Assembly (NCBI RefSeq): GCF_013365455.1
Contig: NZ_CP046578.1
Location: 840,001 to 872,000, forward strand
Source: Wolbachia endosymbiont of Dirofilaria (Dirofilaria) immitis
GTDB taxonomy: Bacteria > Pseudomonadota > Alphaproteobacteria > Rickettsiales > Anaplasmataceae
Direction of reading: 5' to 3'
DNA: 32,000 nucleotides
Shown here: positions 10,588 to 19,299 of the stretch, one piece after another
Position numbering within the stretch: position 1 is the first letter of the stretch
Layout: each line of letters starts with the position of its first letter
Program-made: the position numbers and the translations under genes
The notes under the pieces: generated by a model
The model's database searches: none
What the model was told of the DNA's origin: nothing
Seen by the model: the letters and a program-made list of their open reading frames with translations, nothing else

Positions 10588-10944
10588 ACAGATTAATAAT
10601 TATTCTTGCCGCTCATGCAAGGTATTCTGTTCCTCAGTAGCTAATTTGTGTTATAGCGGCAAATTTTACTCACTAACAGTAGAGATATTTAGAAAACTTA
10701 AAACCTATCTACAGTCTTTTCCATAAAAGAATTAACCTCAACAAAAAAATATATTTACAAGTAGTGTGAAGATGCATACTTAATTTCATCTTGCATGCAG
10801 TACACTTTTCTAAGTCTTTTTTATAAATGAAATTTCATGCCTAGATTTCAGACACCTAACTTTTTCTCTTCAGCCAAGAGCTCTGACTGTCAATAATTCT
10901 TACATTTATCTTAGTAATCAGAGTTTAGTTAAATAAGATATACT

Positions 10945-11878
10945 TCATACTAAATCTAATATTTTAAACCTAACATTTTCAGTAATACCACCTGGCATAA
11001 CTGAAACCTTCACACCCTTGTTTATTCTCAAGTAGTTTATTAATTCATCAACTAATATATTAGGAGCAGAACCACCTGCAGTAATCCCTAACTTTTCTAT
11101 GCCCTGTAACCAACTCCTATTCACATAGTTATAGTTATCAATTAAATAAGCCCTTCTTCCTCTTGCAGTACACAGATCTAATAAGCGGTTTGAGTTCGCA
11201 CTATTTTTGCTTCCTACAATTAATACTATGTCTACAAACTCAGCTAGTTTTTTTGATAGCACTCTGCCTATTTTGTGTTGCATAGCATATATCTTTTAAA
11301 TTAGGACCTATAATGTTTGGAAATCTAAGCTTTAGGGCAGTAATAATTTTGCCAGTATCATCAACGCTTAGAGTGGTTTGTGTGATATAAGATAAATTAT
11401 CTGGATCTTTAACTTTTAAATCGTATACATCTTCTACAGTTTGTACTAAAGCAATAGGATTATCTACTCTTCCTCTAATTCCCTTAACCTCTGGATGAGT
11501 TTCATTCCCAATTAGAATTAATTCTTTACCATTATCCTCATATCCTTTTGCTTCTTTATGCACTTTGCTAACTAGAGGACATGTTGCATCAACCACTTGG
11601 ATACCCTTCCTTTTTACTTCCTCTTCTATATTTTTTGACACTCCATCTGCACTAAAAACTAATATCCCACCATTATCTTTAATATCCTTAATACTGCTTA
11701 CAAAAATCATTCCTTGTCTTTTAAAATCCTCTACCACATATGTTATTGTGAACAATCTCATGTAGTACATAAACTCGACGATTACCTTTGTATTTTTCTA
11801 AAGCAATAGCCCCAACATAGCCATTGCTCTTTTGACTCCCGCACAAAGCCCGCGTGGTTCAGTTAAAATAATTTCCAT
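10945..11878 (-). pseudogene. ispH: 4-hydroxy-3-methylbut-2-enyl diphosphate reductase, disrupted by three single-base frameshifts
   Basis: Reading from 11878: MEIILTEPRGLCAGVKRAMAM (frame 0), [22 protein letters not shown] (shifted), [14 protein letters not shown]...[14 protein letters not shown]...[14 protein letters not shown] (frame 0), [24 protein letters not shown]...[16 protein letters not shown] (shifted). Tracks list only two fragments (11240-11770 and 10945-11283). Confidence 0.9.
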
Positions 11879-12281
11879 TTTTTCCAAATTAGATTGGTAT
11901 ACAAGCATTACTCAAAAATAATGCTCAGCCCATTATGTCTTATAGTACTATTATTTTATATAATAGTCATTTTCATATATTTTCTTTAATACTTAATCAG
12001 CTGGGTGTCACAGGAAGCTTAAAAAAGCATACTAAAAATACAGACAGCCTAACATTTCGATAAAAATGGAGCAGTAAATATACTAATAATATTCATTGCA
12101 TATAAGTTCAATAAAAGTAAGAAATCCAGAGAGTATAACAGTACAACTGTATTCTATCTTAGATGGATATATAAAGGTTTATATAAAATGCTTACTTCAA
12201 AGAATTATCTGAATAAAAGAAAACTTAACCTTAAAGAAGCTATTGACAATAAAAAACACAGGTGTGTAAGGAATAGTTTTA

Positions 12282-12318
12282 TGTGAAAACATAATTCTCA
12301 TAGCAATTTGTTTTCACA
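12282..12318. repeat. Inverted repeat, 10-bp perfect arms (TGTGAAAACA ... TGTTTTCACA), 17-nt spacer
   Basis: Arms at 12282-12291 and 12309-12318, read directly; no T-tract follows. Confidence 0.6.
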
Positions 12319-13292
12319 CGTGCTCAGCTGTACTTATATAGATGGAGGAAGCATTACCAGAATTGAAGTGTATATAAATAAAGCTAGATCACAACGCTAT
12401 GTTACTCTGATACCACTAGGCAATCATGTTTAGCCATCTTTAGATCTACAAGTACAAAGTATAAGCACATGAGAAATTAGCTAAAACTATAAACAGGCAT
12501 CAAGCTCCCAGTAGAGTAAGAATTGTTTTAAATGGGAAAACATAAGATTATTTCGATAGTTAGAGTCCATGTAGTTTTAACCCTAATCTACAGAATAAAG
12601 CAAAAGATGCATAAAAGTTTAACCACACTAGTCTATAAGGTACACGTCATGTAGACTATATACTAAAACTCTTTATAACAGAGCTGCAGCATTTGATGCA
12701 TACGTTATAAAAATTAGTGATTTCACAATATATCAAAGTCAATACCTATTAGAGAATATATAATCCACGATCTTTATAAGCTTACCCCCCACCAACATTA
12801 GTGCAGCAAAAAATCGCTGTCAAATTAGGTATTAACAAATAAATAGAACACCTTAAAGATGCGAAGTTATTTTCACTTTTAAAAATAGAAATGCCAGAAA
12901 ATTTATACCAACACCCTAACCAAATAGAGTGAAAGCATTTTAATAACATTATCTTATAGTTAGAATAGCTGTAACTCTCATACACATTATATAAACTGCA
13001 GCAAAATTAGGCAACAGTAGAACATTCCACAACATAACTTCAATATTTAATAAAGAAAGCATTAGAGAACAGATTATTACAAGAAGCCCTCTAGGGGAGA
13101 TAAAAAAACTACTATACACAGCAGTAAGCTGAATCAAATATGATAAAAACATGAATATAGCACCGTTTATAGGAAAACTATACGCTTAACTAGATATATA
13201 TTACCGATAACCTCAGAGTATCATTATATCGAAGAGTGATTGCTGCACTCAGCTAAAAATGGTTATAAATAAAATATCACTTATACTAAGTG

Positions 13293-13658
13293 CTATACTT
13301 GAGGTGTAAATTGTATTTTCTTTATCAAAAACTTAAGTCTATAATTTTGTTTATCTTTATTGATACAAAGAAACCCATCTTCTGTTACTTTACAGTTCTC
13401 AGCGGCAATATCTAAATTGATTTTTTCACCACTTTCATTCATACTAAAACGAACCCTTGGCTCAGAAAAATCAACCACATCAACCCCAACTTTCTTTATT
13501 ACCTTCCCATCTAGAGAAATCAAATCAAACTCCCAAATATTATTTAGATCAATGTTCCCTATATAATAATTACACTTACCATCTGCGCAGTATGAACTTT
13601 CAACTACATAACCTTCACTAGGAAAGTCAATGAAAAAACCCCACAAATCATCTGACAT
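13293..13658 (-). CDS. Hypothetical protein
   Basis: 121-aa ORF (MSDDLWGFFIDFPSEGYVVESSYCADGKCNYYIGNIDLNNIWEFDLISLDGK...) with protein-like composition; no family recognised. Confidence 0.55.
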   Translation of the reverse strand: MSDDLWGFFIDFPSEGYVVESSYCADGKCNYYIGNIDLNNIWEFDLISLDGKVIKKVGVDVVDFSEPRVRFSMNESGEKINLDIAAENCKVTEDGFLCINKDKQNYRLKFLIKKIQFTPQV

Positions 13659-13767
13659 ATATAGAGTACCTTTACACCTACTATCAAAAAGCTAAGTATA
13701 CTTAAAAGTATACTTAGCTATAATATACCTCAAAACGTAAAGTCCAACAATTAGTTATGCAAGACAA

Positions 13768-14481
13768 TTACTTAATTCCTCTTGTTAACTTTTTTACCAT
13801 ACTATCAATCATATGCTTTATTCCTTGATATACAGAATACACTCCTTCATCGCTACGTATGTAAGCAGAACAGGAAAACACATTATACTTTTCATCTTCT
13901 ATTGATAACTCTGTATCACACTTTATATGCTCACCACCTAACTTTTCTATCAACTTTTCTCTATCATCTCCTATTGTCACCTTAATTCTATCCTTTCCTT
14001 TACCAATTTTACCACTTAGAATAAAAGCAACTATTGCTGGAGATATACATATTGCCCCTATTGGTTTTTTTGCAATAAAAAATTCAGAGACTAACCTTTC
14101 AAACTCAGGTAGTACTGTTACTATATCTTTGTTCTCAGCTAAGTCAGATAAATTCTTAGCAACCCCATATCCACCTGGTATAACTAACATATCAAAGTCT
14201 TTAACTTTTGCTTCTTTAAGGTCACATATCTCACCTCTCGCGATTCTTGCTGCTTCTATAAGTACATTCCTTTTTTCTTTCACTGCTTCCTTTGCTCTAT
14301 GGTTCATGACCTGTGCAACATCGATATCAGGAGCAAAACATTTAACTTCAACTTCTTGCTGATCAAGAACCAGCAAACTTAAGACTCCTTCTCTTACCTC
14401 AGTGCCGTCAAGGTGACCACACCCTGATAAAACTACAGCAGCTTTTAATTTTTTCTCACCCATAGAATACCTTATTTTCAT
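13768..14481 (-). CDS. elbB: ElbB / isoprenoid biosynthesis glyoxalase-like DJ-1/PfpI-family protein
   Basis: AAVVLSGCGHLDGTEVREGVLSLLVLDQQ, NVLIEAARIARGEI, DMLVIPGGYGVAKNLSDLA, KPIGAICISPAIVA, VTIGDD. Start probably at the internal Met of MGEKKLKAAVVLSG. Confidence 0.93.
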   Translation of the reverse strand: MKIRYSMGEKKLKAAVVLSGCGHLDGTEVREGVLSLLVLDQQEVEVKCFAPDIDVAQVMNHRAKEAVKEKRNVLIEAARIARGEICDLKEAKVKDFDMLVIPGGYGVAKNLSDLAENKDIVTVLPEFERLVSEFFIAKKPIGAICISPAIVAFILSGKIGKGKDRIKVTIGDDREKLIEKLGGEHIKCDTELSIEDEKYNVFSCSAYIRSDEGVYSVYQGIKHMIDSMVKKLTRGIK

Positions 14482-14779
14482 ATAATCTAGGTATTGTAAT
14501 ACAAATTCTATATTTGGGAAGAATTAATTACTTATATTAACTATATTATAATTAATAATCAATTATGAATAAAATGCAGCACCTAGCTCAAGATTTAGCC
14601 TTAACTAAAGCGGAAGAATATACTTAATTCATTAAGTAATAATAAGAGCAGGAGGTAGTTGTTAAAAAACAATATTAAAAAATTAATAGAAGTAAAAAAT
14701 TCAAAAGATTAGCTAAATAAGTCAGTAAAGATCGGGTAACAATGAAAAAAAACTGTAATTTTAAACAATCGATCGTTAA

Positions 14780-14959
14780 TCCAAAGAAAATTATAATGGA
14801 ACACAGTATTTAGTAACCGGTTTAATCATAGTAGCTATAGAACTTTATAGGAGAGCCACATATAAACACAGAGATGAAATAAAAAAAAGAGACAATTGGT
14901 ACAGGAAGAAAATTAATGTTTTTAAAAAATTGATAAAATTCTTAAAACTTGAATCTTAA
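14780..14959 (+). pseudogene. ATG-less coding-like fragment with a TM-like segment
   Basis: Manual translation SKENYNGTQYLVTGLIIVAIELYRRATYKHRDEIKKRDNWYRKKINVFKKLIKFLKLES*; followed in another frame by ILKRKNNFDKLNQELSKFTRDNYVLGKEKNQKPSEACFTMKSNGNYKGGE*. Confidence 0.35.
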
Positions 14960-15111
14960 AAAGAAAGAATAACTTTGATAAATTAAATCAGGAATTATCT
15001 AAATTTACTAGAGATAATTATGTATTAGGAAAAGAGAAAAACCAAAAGCCATCAGAAGCATGTTTCACAATGAAAAGCAACGGTAATTATAAAGGGGGGG
15101 AGTAACAAAGA

Positions 15112-15288
15112 ATGAAATTACCCAAAGCTTTTCCAAAAAAAGAATATGGAAAGGCTTATAGAAAAGTGCATTATACTAATGGAAAAGATATAGAAACACT
15201 TAAGGAAGCCCGTGGACAAATTTCAACTGCAATTCGGTCATTAGTAAAAATGAGAAAAAAGCAGAAAAAAAGGCCAACAAAAAAGTGA
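15112..15288 (+). CDS. Small basic hypothetical ORF (58 aa), possibly a relic
   Basis: ATG with purine-rich GGGGGGGAG upstream: MKLPKAFPKKEYGKAYRKVHYTNGKDIETLKEARGQISTAIRSLVKMRKKQKKRPTKK*. Not listed in the ORF track because of length. Confidence 0.3.
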   Translation: MKLPKAFPKKEYGKAYRKVHYTNGKDIETLKEARGQISTAIRSLVKMRKKQKKRPTKK

Positions 15289-15416
15289 AGTGCATTCCAG
15301 ATTCTCAAGTAGGCGATCCAAGTTTTCAAGAAATTAATAGGTAAGGAAAGGTAATCAGCCTCAAATAATTTGCCATAGCATAGTACTAATACAATTTTTC
15401 TCTAAAAGAAGCCGCT

Positions 15417-16760
15417 TTACTTCCTACTTAACATATCCATTAAATCAGATTCTTTAAGTCTGCTGTGACCAACTTTACCAAATTTATTAACCATTGCGTT
15501 CATTTGATCATACTGTTTAATTAAAAGATTAATATCTGATACTCTCGTTCCAGAACCTTTAGCAATTCTAAGCCTTCTCCTACCATTTAAAATATCCGGA
15601 TCTAGCTTTTCTTTTTTAGTCATTGAATTTATGATAGCTATATATTTTTTTACTTTATCATCATCTGGCACTCCACTACTTAGCTTTTTTGCGAACGAGC
15701 TTGGGATGAATCTTATTATATTGCTGATACTATCCATTTTTTTTAGGGTTTTTAGCATCCTTACCAGGTCATTTAAATCAAATTTACCTTTTCTTATTTT
15801 CTCTTGCAATTTATCAATTTCTTCCTGACCAACTATCTCAGCAGCTCTTTCAACTAATGAGATAACGTCACCCATGCCGAGTATTCTTTTTGCTATTCTA
15901 TCAGGATAAAAGTCGTCAAGGTCGCTTAATCTTTCACCACAAGCAATGAACTTAATTGGACAATTAGTTGTCATTTTCATAGAAAGGGCAGCACCGCCAC
16001 GTGCATCACCGTCAACACGGGTAAGAACAATACCAGTTACACCTATTATTTCATTAAATGATTTGACAATGTCTACTGCACTTTGGCCAATCATTGCATC
16101 AGCTACTAAAATAATTTCTGCAGGTGAAGTCATTTTCTTTATAGCTTTCAACTCATTCATCATATCATTGTTGATGTGAAGCCTACCTGCAGTGTCTAGT
16201 ATTAACACATCATAATTGCCACTTTTTGCTACTGACAATGCTCTTTTTGTAATTGTAATAGGCTCCTCACCTGTAACTATAGGTAAAGTTTGTATACCTA
16301 TTTGTTTTCCTAGTACTTCGAGCTGTTTTTGAGCAGCAGGCCTATAAATATCCAATGAGGTAAGCATTATTTTTTTCTTCTGTCTCTTTAGCTTTAAAGC
16401 AAGCTTTCCTGAGGTAGTTGTTTTACCCACACCCTGTAAACCTATCATCATAATCACAGTAGGAAGCTTAACTGTTAGATTTAACTCACTTTTTTTTGAT
16501 CCAAGAATCGTAACCAAGTTATCCTGCACAATTTTAATTATCATTTGTACTGGAGAAATACTTTTTATAACTTTCTCCCCTACTACCTTATCTTTAACGT
16601 CATTGATAAATTTTTTTATAACTTCTAGGGAAACGTCAGCTTCAATTAGGGCTATGCGTATTTCACGCATAGCAAGATTGAAATCATCCTCAGAAATGAT
16701 CGATTTTCCTTTAAGTCTATTAAATACAGAATTTAAACTTTCAGTTAATGATTTAAACAT
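15417..16760 (-). CDS. ffh: Signal recognition particle protein Ffh (SRP54)
   Basis: GLQGVGKTTTSGKLALKLK (P-loop), LDIYRPAAQKQLEVLG, DVLILDTAGRLHIN, LTRVDGDARGGAALSM, and C-terminal M domain. Confidence 0.97.
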   Translation of the reverse strand: MFKSLTESLNSVFNRLKGKSIISEDDFNLAMREIRIALIEADVSLEVIKKFINDVKDKVVGEKVIKSISPVQMIIKIVQDNLVTILGSKKSELNLTVKLPTVIMMIGLQGVGKTTTSGKLALKLKRQKKKIMLTSLDIYRPAAQKQLEVLGKQIGIQTLPIVTGEEPITITKRALSVAKSGNYDVLILDTAGRLHINNDMMNELKAIKKMTSPAEIILVADAMIGQSAVDIVKSFNEIIGVTGIVLTRVDGDARGGAALSMKMTTNCPIKFIACGERLSDLDDFYPDRIAKRILGMGDVISLVERAAEIVGQEEIDKLQEKIRKGKFDLNDLVRMLKTLKKMDSISNIIRFIPSSFAKKLSSGVPDDDKVKKYIAIINSMTKKEKLDPDILNGRRRLRIAKGSGTRVSDINLLIKQYDQMNAMVNKFGKVGHSRLKESDLMDMLSRK

Positions 16761-18292
16761 AACAACACTAGTAGAATACTCATTAAAAAAAGAGAAGAAG
16801 CTGAAACAAAACTCACTGAGTTATAACTTAGCACTTCCTTGAGTTTAACAGCACTATTAAAGCATAAACCAATAAGTGAATCAGTCAAGTTTTGCAGTGT
16901 ACCAGCAGATATTTTTCTCACTCTAAAAACTAATTTATTAAGTAATAAAGCAATATAGGGTATGAGAGCTCTAAAAGTCCAATCGATATCCATTTTAAAA
17001 CTTATTCTTGGCAAAAAGAACTTGCGTAAAGGAATAAACAACAAAGTAGTACATAGTAGTAAATTAAATTGTGACCAGATATTTTCAGCATTGTACACAA
17101 AATTAAAGATTAAAGATTGATTGTAAATAGGTAAATAAGGGTTACCAATTATTACACATATAGATGCCAAAAAAATCATTACTATTTTACTATCCTTTTC
17201 CTTAGAAAGAGTCAACTTACTTTTAGTAATAAATACATAATAGAGAAACTTAAGTCCCACACTTAAATAAATTAATAAGTTAAGAACTTTATATAAGTTC
17301 TTATATAATCTTAAATTAACACCATTCATTTCAATTTCAGCTACAATGCATAACTTACTGATAAACCCAGCAGTTCCAGGAAATCCAGCCATTGTAAGTA
17401 CTGCAATTAAAGCACATATACCTTCAGCTGATACGAGTTTACTCAATCCACTAAAACTAATCATTTTTGTTTGTGAAATAATCGCATTAGCAATTACAAA
17501 CAGTAATGATTGGTAACTAAGAGAGAAAATTATATGTAGTATTAAAACTGGTACTGCTTTTTCCGAAGAGCTAAGCAAGCTTCCTGCAATGATAAGTAAA
17601 CCCATCTGCCCTATGATGTTATAGCATAAAAATCTGCGAATATTTTGCTCAAGAGAAGCAAATATTATGCTATAAATTACAGTTATAGAGCCAAAAAAAG
17701 CTAAAGTTTTAGTATATACGGTATAACTGTGTAAAAGTATAGCTAAAAAAGAAACTTTAGTGGCAAATAAAGAAAGATATGTAGTGCCATGTAACGATGC
17801 AGCAGGGTATGCATCAACAACCCAAAACGAGAAAGGAAAACAAGCACAATTTATTAGTAAACCTACGATTACTAAATTAGAGTTTTGAGTTGCCAACCCT
17901 GCTGTTAATATAACCCCAGCAAAAAAGTGTATACAAGCATATCTTACTGCAGGCCCATTGTCTTTGCTGCCAGCGATCATAAAAGATGCACTAACAGCCA
18001 TCAATTCATAGAATATTATAACCAATATTATCTGCTTAGATAATATTGCACACAATGAACTAACGGTATAAGCAAGAGAAGACAACATCTCCGAAAATCT
18101 CAGGTTTCTTGCTGGTAGAACAATTAGAAATGCAGTCAACAAAAAAGATATTAATATAACGCGAAAAGACAAATCAAAATTTAGAACTGGATACAACCAG
18201 TTTAATGTCATACCCAAGCTTTCAGGTAACATTAGTACTATGATCACTAACACAGCTAGCAGAAGCAATAGTGAAAATTTATAAAACTGCAT
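16745..18292 (-). CDS. Proton-conducting membrane subunit, MrpD/NuoM/NuoN-like
   Basis: 515 aa polytopic protein with typical motifs AAYPAASLHGTT-like DAYPAASLHGTTYLSLFATKVSFLAI, FASLEQNIRRFLCYNIIGQMG, LTMAGFPGTAGFISK. Overlaps ffh start by 16 bp. Confidence 0.85.
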   Translation of the reverse strand: MQFYKFSLLLLLAVLVIIVLMLPESLGMTLNWLYPVLNFDLSFRVILISFLLTAFLIVLPARNLRFSEMLSSLAYTVSSLCAILSKQIILVIIFYELMAVSASFMIAGSKDNGPAVRYACIHFFAGVILTAGLATQNSNLVIVGLLINCACFPFSFWVVDAYPAASLHGTTYLSLFATKVSFLAILLHSYTVYTKTLAFFGSITVIYSIIFASLEQNIRRFLCYNIIGQMGLLIIAGSLLSSSEKAVPVLILHIIFSLSYQSLLFVIANAIISQTKMISFSGLSKLVSAEGICALIAVLTMAGFPGTAGFISKLCIVAEIEMNGVNLRLYKNLYKVLNLLIYLSVGLKFLYYVFITKSKLTLSKEKDSKIVMIFLASICVIIGNPYLPIYNQSLIFNFVYNAENIWSQFNLLLCTTLLFIPLRKFFLPRISFKMDIDWTFRALIPYIALLLNKLVFRVRKISAGTLQNLTDSLIGLCFNSAVKLKEVLSYNSVSFVSASSLFLMSILLVLLCLNH

Positions 18293-18407
18293 GATAACTT
18301 AAGCTAAGATAGCTCATTCTATCTAAATGAATAGATAAAAATCAATCTTTATGCAATTACCTTTTAACTACTAGTTAAACTAATCACCATATAATTCATC
18401 AGTGTAC

Positions 18408-18443
18408 AAAAAAATCGGTCAGATTAGCTCTAATCTGACCGAT
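18408..18443 (-). terminator. Putative Rho-independent terminator (minus strand)
   Basis: Perfect 13-bp stem ATCGGTCAGATTA - GCTC - TAATCTGACCGAT at 18414-18443 with an A7 run at 18408-18414 on the plus strand, i.e. a U-tract after the hairpin when read from the minus strand. Confidence 0.8.
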
Positions 18444-18866
18444 AGCTCTAATAGTGAGGTAAGCTTCACTATAACATGTTCATTCTATAGTACTACATCC
18501 GTACACAATTTATTTTAAATTTATACACAAGCATTAGTAAATTATTTACTTCTTAAAAACAAAGTTTAGCATTGCTTTTTTTATAGCAGTACAAAGTTAA
18601 CTGTTCTCTCAGCTTTACGCTATCATATTAAAATGGTTATTGTAATACAAAGTTACTAATAATATATATATAGAATAATAGGTAAAGTACTGAGAAAATA
18701 GCAGTATAACAATTGTAATCTCACACTAGCTAGAGTGAAGAAAACTCTAAAAAGGGAGTTGAGTAACAGAAATTAAACTATAAGATCTTCTGAAAACTGT
18801 ACAGTATATGTTAACATTCCTTTGTGTTACATTCTAAGGAATTGCACAGAATGTTGTTACGTTTCC

Positions 18867-19079
18867 TTATATTTTACCTTCAGCCATAATAACTATGGTA
18901 ACAAAATTACATTTATCTAGCATACTTAAATACCCTATCGTGTAAATACTTTTTACCATAGTATTCCCTAAAACACTGTTTACACAGTCTGCACTATCAA
19001 CACCAAAAAGCTTTTTACATATTCCTAGATCTTTAACTGCACAGTGTTACATAAGCTTAAATTTATCACCGCCATCTTC
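18867..19079 (-). pseudogene. Unassigned coding-like fragment with one internal stop
   Basis: EDGGDKFKLM*HCAVKDLGICKKLFGVDSADCVNSVLGNTMVKSIYTIGYLSMLDKCNFVTIVIMAEGKI*; coding-like but no family recognised. Confidence 0.2.
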
Positions 19080-19299
19080 ACAAAAAGAAAATTTCCTTTT
19101 TTATTCACTACTACAGTTATAAGTCTATTACTTCTTTATCTTTTACTCAAAACTTACTACTACCTTTGCTTATGAAATATTATTCCTTTGAAAGGATAAG
19201 TAGTAAACAATATATTATAAAACTACCTAATAAAAAGAGTCACTATAATATTAATTATATTAATATTATACATTATAGAATAACTAATGTAAAATAGAT

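Noticed and set aside
11565-11765. 66-aa plus-strand ORF
   Set aside because: Antisense to the ispH remnant, best explained as chance.
10945-11770. Two separate overlapping proteins (112 aa and 176 aa)
   Set aside because: They are consecutive parts of one IspH protein joined across an A7 frameshift, not distinct genes.
12780-12795. C6 tract as a phase-variable contingency locus
   Set aside because: Only six C residues and not placed within or immediately before a credible gene.
14129-14362. 77-aa plus-strand ORF within elbB, and similar small ORFs within ffh, bamA and rpsA
   Set aside because: All are antisense or out of frame within strongly supported genes and have no recognisable protein features.
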